Below, piece by piece: positions 36,736 to 46,305 of a stretch of 64,000 bases of DNA. The stretch covers positions 24,622-88,621 of the forward strand of contig DSBM01000119.1 in assembly GCA_011049425.1 (NCBI GenBank), read 5' to 3'. Both the position numbers and the translations under genes were made by a program. Source of the stretch: Candidatus Aminicenantes bacterium (lineage in GTDB: Bacteria; Acidobacteriota; Aminicenantia; UBA2199). Every line of letters begins with the position of its first letter. Positions within the stretch are counted from its first letter, which is position 1. The notes beneath the pieces are model-generated. The model was not told the DNA's origin. It was given only the letters and a program-made list of their open reading frames with translations, and did not search any database.

Positions 36736-39700
36736 TTATTTCTTGAGGATTGCAGGAATGTCTCGTCCAGGATCTCGTCCAGGGTTTCGACCAGGCGGGC
36801 GGCGTCCGTCTTATTGAAACACAGGGGCGGCTTGATCTTGAGCACGTTGTGCAGCGGCCCGTCCACGCTGATGAGGATGCCCAGGTCGCGCATGCGCTCG
36901 CTGATGTAGGCGGCTTCGCGGTCCGCCGGCTCAAACGTTTCCCGGTCGCGCGCCAGTTCGATTCCGACAAAAAGGCCGCGGCCACGTACATCCGCCACCA
37001 GGTGATGGCGGGATTTCAAGGCTTCAAGGTCCGCTTTCAGCCGGTTTCCCACCCGCCGGGCGTGGTCCTGCAGGTCTTCGTCGCGGATCACGTCCAGTAC
37101 GGCCAGGCCGGCAGCGCAGGAGACGGGATTGCCCCCGAATGTGTTGAAATACTCCATGCCCGTGCGAAAAGCGTCCGCCACCGCGCGCGTGGTCACAACC
37201 GCGCCCAGGGGGTGACCGTTGCCCATGGGTTTGCCCATGGTGACGATGTCGGGGAGCGCGTCCTGGGTCTGAAATCCCCAGAAAGCGTCGCCCACGCGGC
37301 CGAATCCCACCTGGACCTCGTCGGCGATGGCCACTCCGCCGGCGGCACGCACGGCGGCAAAGGCCCGGGCCAGGAACTCTTCGGGCAGCACGATCTGGCC
37401 CGCGCACCCGGGCAGGGGTTCAACCATGAACGCCGCCGCCGGAGTACCTGCGTTCTCCAGCATCCGCAACATTTCGTGGAATTTCTGTGCGTAACGTTCC
37501 CCGCTGTCGGGCCGACCACGATACTCGCCGCGCAGGGGGTCGGGCAGGGGAAACACGTGGGTATGCGGCGGCCGGCCCGTGCCCCCTTTGCCGTTGAATT
37601 TGTAGGGACTGATTTTGATCAAGCCGGCCAGGTTGCCGTGGTACGCGGCGTCCAGCACCACCATGTCGCGACGGCCCGTGGCCATCCGCGCCAGGCGCAG
37701 GGCCAGGTCGTTGGCCTCGCTGCCGCTGTTGGTGAAAAAGCACACATCCAGCGGATCCGGCAGGGTTGCCGCCAGGCGCTGGGCATAGTTGACCAGCAGC
37801 GGGTGCAGGTAGCGGGTGTTGGTATTGAGAATGGCCGCCTGGGTGGCCACCGCTTCCACCACCCGGGGGTGGCAATGGCCCACGTGGGGAACGTTGTTGA
37901 CCGCGTCCAGAAACGTGTTGCCGTCACGGTCGTACATGAACTGCATGAAACCCCGAACCATGGTCAGGGGGCGGCGGTAAGAGATGCTGAGGGCGGGGTT
38001 GAGCAGGCGTTGGCGCGAGGACAGGATCTCTTCCGGTGTCATGGCGGGTGCGGGGAAGGCTTTTGCGGGGATATTCAGTATGATGTTGGGGTCGGGACAG
38101 ATCTCCAGCCAGGCTTCTTTTTCGTCCGGGGCGGCGACTCCGGGAAAATTTTCTTTGTATCCAAGCAAATCCGTCATCACCTGGAAATGCAGGTGGGGTG
38201 GCCAGCCGCCGTTCTCATCCACATCACCCAAGCTCACAAAAGCCTCACCGCGAGCGACGGGTGTGCCGGGCTTCAAGGCGGCGATCGATTCCCTTGCCAA
38301 ATGGCCGTAAAGGGTAAAGAAGGGCGGAGCGCCGGCCGGGGTGTGTTGCAGAATCACAGTGGGTCCGTAATCTCCGGCAAACGCGTTATCCACGGCAGTG
38401 ACCACACGGCCATCCAGGGGAGCAAAGACCGCGGTTCCGGCCTCGTCAAACAGATCCATGCCCAGGTGGATGGTGCGCGGCCCGGCGCACGAGAGAAACT
38501 GGGGTGTGGTGTAGCAGAGCCGCGCTTCGTTGTAACGCCCCACAGCCATGCCTTCTTCGGCTGGAACCTGCCAGCCTGCGGCCGCTCCGTTCCCGGGCGG
38601 CCGCGCGTGGCGTCCGGCCACGCTCAAATCCAAAACGCGGACGGGGCCGTCCAAACCCTGCATCACCGCGGCGAAATCTTTGCGCTTTTCGGCCAGCCAG
38701 CGCTGAATCTCTACGGCTGTGGGGGTTGCGGCCAGGCCGCAGGCTTTGCGGATGCGCGCGCGCGCCGCCAGAAAATTGGTCTCGGTCAACTGTAGAAAGG
38801 TATCTGAAACAGCTTGCCTGGAAATCTGGTGGTAGGTGTTTTCCGGTTCTTCGCACTGTCGGCGTGCGGCCATCACCAGGCTGGCGGCCAGGCGCAGGCG
38901 CACCAGGCAAAAGATCTGGTCGATTTCCTTTTCCAGCAGGGGAAACACTTGGTGATAACCCCGCGCCAGGGCGGCAATGGCCGCCACGGGATCCTGCTGG
39001 TGCAGACAGGCATAGGCCGCGGCAATGGCGGGCTCACAAACACGATAGCAGTACACGAGGTCGCCGAAATCAACCAACCCGGCAATGCCGGGTGCCCCGG
39101 AAATATTTGTTTGCACCAGAACGTTGTGGTCGTTGGCGTCGTTGTGAATAACCTGCTTGGGACAGCCGGCCAGGGCGGGAATGATTCGTTCCCGGCCGTC
39201 CGCCAGTACTTCCGACACCTGGCTTTGCAAATGCCTGTCTTTCAGGGTGTGCACATGGACAGAGAGATCGGGAGCACGGCAGAGATCCCAGACCAGTTCC
39301 CGTTTTTGCGCACCATGGGCAAAGTCCGCCAGGCCTTGGTTTAAATGTGCCAAAAACCTCCCCAGCCGCGATGCCAGGCGCTGGGACCGGGGGCGGTAAT
39401 CCGCCATAAGCGTTCCCGGCAACCAGGAGAGCAGGTGGATCCAAACAGTTCCTTCGTTTGGTGATTCAATCGCAACCAGGCGTTTTCCTGTAAGGGAATA
39501 CTGAACCCGGGGAACCGGAAGCTCCGGATCCGCTTCTGCCAGGTGGTCCAGGGCGCTGATGCGGAAATCCAGGACCTCTGCTCTGGATCCGGGAGGGGAG
39601 ATCTTGAAAAGATAATCGCCCCCGTCGGCACGGATGCGGAAGTTGACGTCTACCTCTCCGTGCAGGGGCAGGGCCGTGGCGGCGATTCCGTAATGCGACC

Positions 39701-39755
39701 TCACCAGGTCCGCAACTCTTTCAGTCGTCCAGGGGTTTTGCCTGTTGCCGCTCAT
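36732..39755 (-). CDS. three-domain protein: APH/hydroxylysine-kinase-like phosphotransferase + M23 peptidase-like domain + class III (PLP) aminotransferase/phospho-lyase-like domain
   Basis: Kinase: [21 protein letters not shown]23: [11 protein letters not shown]...[15 protein letters not shown]: [50 protein letters not shown]; the ATG overlaps the stop of the upstream CBS-GHKL gene. Confidence 0.85.
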   Translation of the reverse strand: MSGNRQNPWTTERVADLVRSHYGIAATALPLHGEVDVNFRIRADGGDYLFKISPPGSRAEVLDFRISALDHLAEADPELPVPRVQYSLTGKRLVAIESPNEGTVWIHLLSWLPGTLMADYRPRSQRLASRLGRFLAHLNQGLADFAHGAQKRELVWDLCRAPDLSVHVHTLKDRHLQSQVSEVLADGRERIIPALAGCPKQVIHNDANDHNVLVQTNISGAPGIAGLVDFGDLVYCYRVCEPAIAAAYACLHQQDPVAAIAALARGYHQVFPLLEKEIDQIFCLVRLRLAASLVMAARRQCEEPENTYHQISRQAVSDTFLQLTETNFLAARARIRKACGLAATPTAVEIQRWLAEKRKDFAAVMQGLDGPVRVLDLSVAGRHARPPGNGAAAGWQVPAEEGMAVGRYNEARLCYTTPQFLSCAGPRTIHLGMDLFDEAGTAVFAPLDGRVVTAVDNAFAGDYGPTVILQHTPAGAPPFFTLYGHLARESIAALKPGTPVARGEAFVSLGDVDENGGWPPHLHFQVMTDLLGYKENFPGVAAPDEKEAWLEICPDPNIILNIPAKAFPAPAMTPEEILSSRQRLLNPALSISYRRPLTMVRGFMQFMYDRDGNTFLDAVNNVPHVGHCHPRVVEAVATQAAILNTNTRYLHPLLVNYAQRLAATLPDPLDVCFFTNSGSEANDLALRLARMATGRRDMVVLDAAYHGNLAGLIKISPYKFNGKGGTGRPPHTHVFPLPDPLRGEYRGRPDSGERYAQKFHEMLRMLENAGTPAAAFMVEPLPGCAGQIVLPEEFLARAFAAVRAAGGVAIADEVQVGFGRVGDAFWGFQTQDALPDIVTMGKPMGNGHPLGAVVTTRAVADAFRTGMEYFNTFGGNPVSCAAGLAVLDVIRDEDLQDHARRVGNRLKADLEALKSRHHLVADVRGRGLFVGIELARDRETFEPADREAAYISERMRDLGILISVDGPLHNVLKIKPPLCFNKTDAARLVETLDEILDETFLQSSRNK

Positions 39756-40762
39756 GGAATCCTCCTTGGATCGGGGTCACGCGGACATTCCACTGAAACG
39801 TTCAGCTCTTGGGCTGTCCCGGAGGGCGATTCCGCCGCGGGCAGAAAAAAAACGATTTCAACCTGGGTGCCCTTCTTTTTTTCCGCCAGGATGACCAGCT
39901 TGTCGGCGAACCGTTTCATGTTGGGAATGCCCATGCCGGCTCCGAAACCGAATTCCCGCACATAGTCGGATGCCGTGGAGAATCCTTCGGTCATGGCTTG
40001 GTCCAGGTCCTCGATGCCGATGCCCATATCGGTGACCCGCACGATGATGCGGTCCTTTTTGATAAAGCAGTAGATGTCGCCTTTGCTGCAACTGTGGATC
40101 ACCACGTTGGTTTCCGCTTCGTAGGTGGCGATGCCCACGCGCCGGGCGATCTCCTGATCGACGCCCTTTTTTTTCAGGAACTGCTTCAACAGGGCCGCCC
40201 CGGTTCCGGCCGAAGTGATGTCGGAATTGTCGATGGTGTAGTGGAATTCGGCTTCGTCCCCGCGCAAACGCTCGCCCGTGATCAGGGAGAACTCCTGGTC
40301 CAGCGTGGTTTTGCGCTTGGTGTCGTGGATGTAGATGAGGTTGAACTTCTCCAGGATGCCGTGCAGGATGTCTTCGCGGGCGACAATGCCCCGCAGGCGG
40401 TTGTTTTCATCCACTACCGGAAAGCGCCCCAGTTTGAAGGTGCTGAACTTGTCCACGATGTCGGGCAGGTTATCTTCCGGTCGCAGGCTGACCACGTCCC
40501 GGGTCATGACTTTTTTAAGGGGTTCGTTGATGCGACCGTACTCCAGGGCATTGATGATATCCTCGATGCTGATGATGCCCACCACAATGCCGTTGCGGTC
40601 CACGATGGGGATTCCGGAGATCTTTTTGATCTTCATCATCTCTTTGGCGCGGGCCACCTTTTTGTCCGGGGTCAGGCTCACGGGGTTGCGGGTCATGATG
40701 TCCGCGGCGGTCAGGTCGCGGAATATGTCGACGTATTTCTTGAGGTTCTTTTCTTCAGCCAT
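39752..40762 (-). CDS. CBS-pair protein fused to a GHKL (anti-sigma-kinase-like) ATPase domain
   Basis: Two CBS motifs (IMTRNPVSL...GIPIVDRNGIVVGIISIEDI; VMTRDVVSL...RFPVVDENNRLRGIVARED). C-terminus: ATYEAETNVVIH, VTDMGIGI, GFGAGMG. Confidence 0.8.
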   Translation of the reverse strand: MAEEKNLKKYVDIFRDLTAADIMTRNPVSLTPDKKVARAKEMMKIKKISGIPIVDRNGIVVGIISIEDIINALEYGRINEPLKKVMTRDVVSLRPEDNLPDIVDKFSTFKLGRFPVVDENNRLRGIVAREDILHGILEKFNLIYIHDTKRKTTLDQEFSLITGERLRGDEAEFHYTIDNSDITSAGTGAALLKQFLKKKGVDQEIARRVGIATYEAETNVVIHSCSKGDIYCFIKKDRIIVRVTDMGIGIEDLDQAMTEGFSTASDYVREFGFGAGMGIPNMKRFADKLVILAEKKKGTQVEIVFFLPAAESPSGTAQELNVSVECPRDPDPRRIP

Positions 40763-41102
40763 CGATTCCCTTGAAACCGGCGGTATAAAGGCGGCCGCAG
40801 GCGGAAAACATGAAGAAAGGCGTACGGATGAGCAGGAAGTCGTTCATGCGGGCCAGTTCAATGGTGGCGGGAGGAATGTTCTTGTTCTGGATCACCACCA
40901 GACCGAGGAGCTCGGTCACCATCCCGGTCCGCACCGATTGCGGGGAAGTATGGGCCGTGAGCACCACCATGCCCGGTTTGGCCAGGGCCAGGATATCACT
41001 CATCATGTCTCCGGCGCCGATGGATTGCACTTCTTCGTCCAAGCGGCTTTCACCGCTGATCACCTCTCCTTTCAGGATCTTGACCAGTTCTCGGGCTGTC
41101 AT
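40755..41102 (-). CDS. DRTGG domain protein
   Basis: MTARELVKILKGEVISG...GAGDMMSDILALAKPGMVVLT...TGMVTELLGLVVIQNKNIPP. GGAGAG RBS. 8-nt overlap with the downstream CBS-GHKL gene. Confidence 0.72.
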   Translation of the reverse strand: MTARELVKILKGEVISGESRLDEEVQSIGAGDMMSDILALAKPGMVVLTAHTSPQSVRTGMVTELLGLVVIQNKNIPPATIELARMNDFLLIRTPFFMFSACGRLYTAGFKGIDG

Positions 41103-41171
41103 GTGGATCTCTCCTGCCCGGAGTGTAACCCAGAGGCCCATCCAAGTCAACGCCGTCCCCAAGGTAATCTC

Positions 41172-41200
41172 TTGCGCTCCAGGCGGTTCCGGGGTATAGT
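41172..41200 (+). promoter_or_regulatory. sigma70-like promoter for the PHP-GHKL genes
   Basis: TTGCGC (41172-41177), 17-nt spacer, TATAGT (41195-41200), in the 130-bp divergent region. Confidence 0.35.
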
Positions 41201-41232
41201 GGGGCTGCCGCTTGCGGCGGCGGAGAGGAAAC

Positions 41233-41982
41233 GTGATCGTGACTGCGGACCTGCACATTCACTCGGCCTTGTCTCCCTGCGGCAGCCTGGAGATGTCTCC
41301 CCGCGGCGTAGTTGTCCGCGCCCGTGATCTGGGGCTGGACATGATCGCGGTCACGGATCACAATAGCATGGCCAATGTGGACGCCACCGTCGAGGCCGGC
41401 AACAGGGATGGGGTGGTGGTGATCCCCGGCATGGAAGCCCAGACAGCGGAGGGCGTCCACGTACTCTGTTACTTCCCGGATTGCGAAATCGCGCAGGCCT
41501 GTTACCGGGAAATCTATCCCCATCTTCCGGACATCGCCAACAATGCGGATTTCTTTGGAGACCAGGTAATTGTGGATATCGATGATAATGTGACCGGCTT
41601 TGAGCCCCGGGTGCTGCTCAATTCGCTGGACCTGTCGATAGACGAGCTGGTGTTGCGCGTGCGCGCGATCGGGGGGGAAGTAATCCCCGCCCACGTGGAG
41701 AGCAACGGGTTTGGTCTTTTGCCCCACCTGGGAATGGTGCCGCCCCACCTGGATCTGTCCGTCTTGGAGATCGCCTGGCCGCATACCCGCGAAGAGGTGT
41801 TGCGCGAACACCCGGACCTGGCATCATTTTCCCTGGTCTCCCACAGTGATGCCCATTACCTCCGGGACATCGGACGCGCCGCCATGCGGATCGAAATCGC
41901 GGAATGCAGGTTTTCCGCTTTGTTTGCGGCTTATCGCCGGGGATCAGGGAAAGTCCTTTACCGGCAAAGAGAAGACTCGTGA
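41233..41982 (+). CDS. PHP-domain metal-dependent phosphoesterase
   Basis: ADLHIHSALSPCG, IAVTDHNS, VHVLCYF, IPAHVE, VSHSDAH. GTG start 5 nt after GGAGAGG; the track ORF starts at a TTG at 41212. Confidence 0.8.
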   Translation: MIVTADLHIHSALSPCGSLEMSPRGVVVRARDLGLDMIAVTDHNSMANVDATVEAGNRDGVVVIPGMEAQTAEGVHVLCYFPDCEIAQACYREIYPHLPDIANNADFFGDQVIVDIDDNVTGFEPRVLLNSLDLSIDELVLRVRAIGGEVIPAHVESNGFGLLPHLGMVPPHLDLSVLEIAWPHTREEVLREHPDLASFSLVSHSDAHYLRDIGRAAMRIEIAECRFSALFAAYRRGSGKVLYRQREDS

Positions 41983-42524
41983 TCGCAGACCTCAGTTTCC
42001 ACATCGTGGACGTGGTCCAGAACAGTGTCACCGCCGGAGCGGACCGGGTTGAGATCACCATCGAGGTGTCCCGTCGCAACGATCGCATCCGCCTAAAGAT
42101 CAGTGATAACGGCAGGGGAATGGACTCCGAAACCGCACAGCTTGTCCAGGATCCATTCTACACCACCAAGTCGGGCAAAAAGGTGGGCCTGGGGATTCCC
42201 CTGATGAAGGAAACCGCTCTGCAGTGCGACGGGGCTTTCCGATTAACCAGCAAATTGGGCAAAGGAACCAGCATCCGCGCGGAGTACCGGTTGACCCACA
42301 TCGACACCCCGCCCATGGGGCCGGTGGACGAGACGGTGTTTCAACTGATTGCCGCCACTCCCGATGTCGACATGGTACTTGCCTGGATCACCGACGCCGG
42401 GCGTTTCGCAGTGTCCACCCATGAAATTCGCGAGCAGATCGGCGAAATGTCGCTGACTCATCCGGCTGTCCTGTCTTTTCTGCGGAAGTACCTGCGTGAA
42501 AATCTGGAACGCTTGCCCATGTAG
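41979..42524 (+). CDS. stand-alone GHKL/histidine-kinase-like ATPase domain protein (no DHp/His domain)
   Basis: VVQNSVTAGA (N box), ISDNGRGMD (G1), KKVGLGIPL (G2), GKGTSIRAEY. GTG start overlaps the PHP stop (GTGA). Confidence 0.75.
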   Translation: MIADLSFHIVDVVQNSVTAGADRVEITIEVSRRNDRIRLKISDNGRGMDSETAQLVQDPFYTTKSGKKVGLGIPLMKETALQCDGAFRLTSKLGKGTSIRAEYRLTHIDTPPMGPVDETVFQLIAATPDVDMVLAWITDAGRFAVSTHEIREQIGEMSLTHPAVLSFLRKYLRENLERLPM

Positions 42525-42578
42525 AAAATGCGGGAGGAATTTTCGGGGCAAAGAAGCGCTTTTTTGTCGATCACGGGG

Positions 42579-42607
42579 TTGACTTTTCAGACGGGTTGTC
42601 TTAAGAT
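42579..42607 (+). promoter_or_regulatory. sigma70-like promoter for the DRTGG-NuoEF-FDH operon
   Basis: TTGACT (42579-42584), 17-nt spacer, TAAGAT (42602-42607). Confidence 0.4.
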
Positions 42608-42646
42608 TCGATACGATCTATATTGTTAATTGCAAAACAGATAATT

Positions 42647-42991
42647 ATGAAGTTATCGGGAATTGTAAACGGTTTGGAGTGTGAGGCGCTGGTCCAGGGT
42701 CCGGATGCGGACGTCCGTGAAGGTTATGCTTCAGACCTGTTGTCGGATGTGATGGCCAACTGCCCTGAAGGTGCCGTATGGCTGACCCTGCAACGCCACC
42801 TGAATGTCATCGCCGTGGCGCAGTTGAAGCGCATCACCGCCATTGTGGTCACCAACGGCGGTCGTCCGGACGAGGCAGTCCTGGAACGGGCCCGTGATGA
42901 AGGTCTGACTGTCCTGACAACCGATTTGGATACGTTTTCAGCAGCGGGCCGGATTCACCGCATGCTTTTCCCCGAACCGTCGTTGAGTTGA
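42647..42991 (+). CDS. DRTGG domain protein (second copy)
   Basis: MKLSGIVNGLECEALV...GYASDLLSDVMANCPEGAVWLT...ITAIVVTNGGRPD. Same pattern as 40755-41102. Confidence 0.72.
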   Translation: MKLSGIVNGLECEALVQGPDADVREGYASDLLSDVMANCPEGAVWLTLQRHLNVIAVAQLKRITAIVVTNGGRPDEAVLERARDEGLTVLTTDLDTFSAAGRIHRMLFPEPSLS

Positions 42992-43102
42992 CGGGGCGCC
43001 TGACGGTCTGCCGATCCTCCCGATACCGGACGTTCAAATGACATCGTCGCGGGTTTTGCGGAAAACGGCTTTCGGGATGCCGCAGAACCAGAGAAGGAGG
43101 AC

Positions 43103-43606
43103 ATGATGCTTCAGACTCGAGCACACACCCCGGAGAATCCGCAATTCCGGCAGCTCCGGGAGTTTATCCATTCCCACCGCAATATCCCCGGCCCGCTGAT
43201 ACTGGTGCTGCAAAGAGCCCAGGAACTTTTTGGTTATCTGCCCAGCGAAGTTCAGGGGTTCGTGGCCAAAGAAATGAATCTGCCCCAATCCGAAATATTC
43301 AGTGTGGTGACATTTTATAATTTCTTCCGCACCCAGCCCATCGGTGACCACATCATAAATGTTTGCCTGGGTACGGCCTGCCACGTAAAAGGGGCTCAGA
43401 GTTTGCTCGATGCCCTGGCAGATGAATTAAAGATACCCGTGGGTGGAACCACGAAAGACGGCATTTTCACCTTGTCGACAGCTCGTTGTTTCGGTGCCTG
43501 TGGTCTGGCCCCTGCCATGATGATCGATGAGGAAGTGTTCGGGAAACTGAATCCCGACAAGGGCCGCAAAGTGATCCGCGAATTCCGCAAAAACTCTAAG
43601 AAATAG
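43103..43606 (+). CDS. NuoE/HydC-type [2Fe-2S] subunit (module 1)
   Basis: VTFYNFF, VCLGTACHVKG, ARCFGACGLAPAMMID. Confidence 0.9.
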   Translation: MMLQTRAHTPENPQFRQLREFIHSHRNIPGPLILVLQRAQELFGYLPSEVQGFVAKEMNLPQSEIFSVVTFYNFFRTQPIGDHIINVCLGTACHVKGAQSLLDALADELKIPVGGTTKDGIFTLSTARCFGACGLAPAMMIDEEVFGKLNPDKGRKVIREFRKNSKK

Positions 43607-43634
43607 CGTATAAGCATACAATCAAGGAGGCACG

Positions 43635-43997
43635 ATGAAGCTTGAAGATCTGAAAAAGATACGGGAGAAGCATCAGAAGGATATGCTTCTTCGTGATGGG
43701 GACGCCCGTGTCCGCGTGGTAGTGGGAATGGGCACTTCCGGCATCGCCGCCGGCGCCAGGGAGACGCTCCGGGCGTTCCTCGAGGAGATCGAGAAACGCA
43801 ACATCACAGGTGTCATTGTCACCCAGGCGGGTGAGCGGGGTCTCAGTTCTCACGAACCCATCGTCACGGTATCTGAGAAGGACAAACCCGGTATCGTGTA
43901 CGGAAATGTCACTGCTGAAGTGGCCCGTAAGATCGTGGCAGAGCATATTGTGAATGGGAGTCCCTTGTCTGATTACGTTCTCGAAGTTACGGAATGA
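43635..43997 (+). CDS. thioredoxin-like ferredoxin-fold protein (HndB/HydD-like) with no cysteines
   Basis: VVVGMGTSGIAAGA...VTQAGERGLSSHEPIVTV has the fold pattern of [2Fe-2S] Trx-like ferredoxins, but the whole 120-aa protein has no Cys. Confidence 0.72.
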   Translation: MKLEDLKKIREKHQKDMLLRDGDARVRVVVGMGTSGIAAGARETLRAFLEEIEKRNITGVIVTQAGERGLSSHEPIVTVSEKDKPGIVYGNVTAEVARKIVAEHIVNGSPLSDYVLEVTE

Positions 43998-44031
43998 TCC
44001 GCCGCCGGCGGATCCTTGAGACGAGGCTTTT

Positions 44032-45822
44032 ATGAAAAAGAGACTGGATGTACTGATTTGCGGGGGCGCTGCATGCATCGCGTCACACAGCCATGATTTC
44101 AAGAACCGGCTCATCAAGGTTGTCAAGGCTCATGAACTGGAAGAAGAGATAAACATCATTGAAACCGGTTGCATGGGACCCTGCGAACTGGGGCCCGTCA
44201 TGGTGGTTTATCCGGATGGTGCCTTTTACATCCGCCTCAAGCCGGAATATGCCGAGCGCATTGTAGAGGAACATTTTCTCAAGGGTCGTCCGGTAGAGGA
44301 GTGGTTGTGGCAGGTTCCGGAAGCCCGTAAAATCGTGGAGGAAAAACGCCAGATCCCTTTTTTTGAGAAACAATGCAAAGTTGTTCTCAAGAACTGTGGC
44401 CGTATTGATCCGGAAAATCTCAACGAGTACATCGGCAATGACGGTTACCAGGCTTTGGCACGCGGCCTGACGGAGATGACCCCGGATGCGGTGATCGAAG
44501 CGGTGACCGCATCGGGACTGCGCGGGCGCGGCGGCGCGGGATTTCCCACAGGATTAAAGTGGAAGCTGGCCCGCCGGGCCGCCGGGGATATCAAGTACGT
44601 GGTCTGCAACGCGGATGAAGGCGATCCCGGCGCGTTCATGGACCGGGCCATCCTGGAAGGCGATCCGCACAGCGTGATCGAAGGCATGATAATTGCCGGA
44701 TATGCCGTGGGCGCTTCCCAGGGGTTCGTGTATATCCGGGCTGAGTATCCTCTGGCGGTACGGCGTTTGCACCGCGCCTTGGAGCAGGCCCGCGAAGCCG
44801 GCCTGTTGGGTAAGGATATCCTGGAGAGCGGATTTTCCTTTGATCTGGAAATCCGCACCGGTGCCGGTGCTTTTGTGTGTGGGGAAGAAACGGCCCTGAT
44901 GGCTTCCGTCGAAGGCCATCGGGGAATGCCCAGGCCCAAGCCGCCTTATCCTTCTGAACAGGGATTATGGGGTAAGCCCACTGTGATCAACAACGTGGAA
45001 ACCCTGGCCAACTTGCGTCATATCGTTATCAATGGCGCTGAGTGGTTTGCCGCCATGGGAACGGCCAAGAGCAAGGGCACCAAGGTGTTCGCCCTTTCGG
45101 GCAACGTAAACAACACCGGCCTGGTGGAAGTCCCCATGGGCATCACCCTGCGCGAGATCGTCTATGAAGTGGGCGGTGGCATTCCCGGCGACAAAGCGCT
45201 CAAGGCCGTTCAGACCGGCGGTCCATCCGGGGGATGCATTCCCGCCGAACACCTCGATACTCCCATCGATTACGAATCCCTGGCGGAACTGGGATCGATC
45301 ATGGGATCCGGCGGGTTGATCGTACTGGACGAAGACAACTGCATGGTGAACATGGCCAAGTTTTTTCTGGAATTCTGCGTGGAAGAATCCTGCGGCCAGT
45401 GTGTTCCGTGCCGGGTCGGTTTAAAGCAGATGCACCGGATCCTGCAGTGGATTGCTGAAGGAAAGGGTGAAACCAAAGATCTGGAGCAGTTGGAACAGAT
45501 GGCTGAAACCGTCAAGGCCACGAGTTTGTGCGGATTGGGACAATCCGCCCCCAACCCCGTACTCTCTACCCTGAAGTACTTCCGCCATGAATACGAGGCC
45601 CACATCCAGGACAAACGTTGTCCCGCTCTGGTGTGCAAGGATCTGACTGCCTACACGGTCCTGGCGGACAAGTGTACGGGATGTACCGCCTGCGCGCGCA
45701 AGTGTCCGGTCGACGCCATCAGTGGAGAAATCAAACAAATCCATTTCATTGATCAGGAGATCTGCATCCATTGCGGTGCCTGTTACGAGGCATGCAAGTT
45801 TGACGCGATTCAACGTCGGTAA
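44032..45822 (+). CDS. NuoF/HydB-type flavoprotein subunit (module 1): N-terminal Trx-like [2Fe-2S], FMN/NAD(H) site, C-terminal 2x[4Fe-4S]
   Basis: LICGGAACIA...TGCMGPCELGP; GLRGRGGAGFPTGLKW; ESCGQCVPCRVG; CTGCTACARKCP; CIHCGACYEACK. Confidence 0.92.
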   Translation: MKKRLDVLICGGAACIASHSHDFKNRLIKVVKAHELEEEINIIETGCMGPCELGPVMVVYPDGAFYIRLKPEYAERIVEEHFLKGRPVEEWLWQVPEARKIVEEKRQIPFFEKQCKVVLKNCGRIDPENLNEYIGNDGYQALARGLTEMTPDAVIEAVTASGLRGRGGAGFPTGLKWKLARRAAGDIKYVVCNADEGDPGAFMDRAILEGDPHSVIEGMIIAGYAVGASQGFVYIRAEYPLAVRRLHRALEQAREAGLLGKDILESGFSFDLEIRTGAGAFVCGEETALMASVEGHRGMPRPKPPYPSEQGLWGKPTVINNVETLANLRHIVINGAEWFAAMGTAKSKGTKVFALSGNVNNTGLVEVPMGITLREIVYEVGGGIPGDKALKAVQTGGPSGGCIPAEHLDTPIDYESLAELGSIMGSGGLIVLDEDNCMVNMAKFFLEFCVEESCGQCVPCRVGLKQMHRILQWIAEGKGETKDLEQLEQMAETVKATSLCGLGQSAPNPVLSTLKYFRHEYEAHIQDKRCPALVCKDLTAYTVLADKCTGCTACARKCPVDAISGEIKQIHFIDQEICIHCGACYEACKFDAIQRR

Positions 45823-45843
45823 CGAGAAAACCAGATGAGGTGA

Positions 45844-46305
45844 ATGATGACGAAAAGAGACGTAATGGAGAGGTATCCCAAGTCGGGGGACAACCTCATC
45901 AGCATCCTGCACGACCTGCAGGACAACAATGAGTGGAATTACTTGTCCGGGGAGGATCTGGCGGCCGCGGCTGATTATCTGCAACTTCCGCACAGTTTTG
46001 TTCATGGCGTCGCGACTTTCTACACCATGTTCAGCCTGGAACCCCGGGGAAAACACGTGATCCGGGTGTGCCAGTCTCCGCCCTGTCATTTGATGGGTGC
46101 GGGCACGATTTCATCTGAACTCGAAAAAATCCTGGGAGTCGGATTCGGTGAGACTACACCGGATCGCCTTTTTACCCTGGAGATGACTTCCTGTCTGGGT
46201 GTATGCGGCGTGGCTCCGGCCGTTATGATCAACGACCAGGTATATGGAAACCTGAACGCTGAACGGCTCGCGGAAATAATCGATGCCAAAAGGAGGGAGA
46301 AGTGA
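45844..46305 (+). CDS. NuoE/FdsG-type [2Fe-2S] subunit (module 2)
   Basis: ATFYTMF, VCQSPPCHLMG, TSCLGVCGVAPAVMIN. Confidence 0.9.
   Translation: MMTKRDVMERYPKSGDNLISILHDLQDNNEWNYLSGEDLAAAADYLQLPHSFVHGVATFYTMFSLEPRGKHVIRVCQSPPCHLMGAGTISSELEKILGVGFGETTPDRLFTLEMTSCLGVCGVAPAVMINDQVYGNLNAERLAEIIDAKRREK

Noticed and set aside
36750-38795. 681-aa ORF on the plus strand, antisense to the kinase-M23-aminotransferase gene.
   Set aside because: Same shadow-ORF behaviour: G/V/A/H/Q-rich with no motifs. The minus-strand product has three well-defined domains and a strong RBS.
42525-43102. Searched for a canonical Rex operator (TTGTGAA-N4-TTCACAA) ahead of the NuoEF-FDH operon and elsewhere.
   Set aside because: No full match was seen here or upstream of rex, the OFOR operon or the ferritin-like gene. 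Only short partial palindromes were found, and these are reported separately at low interest.
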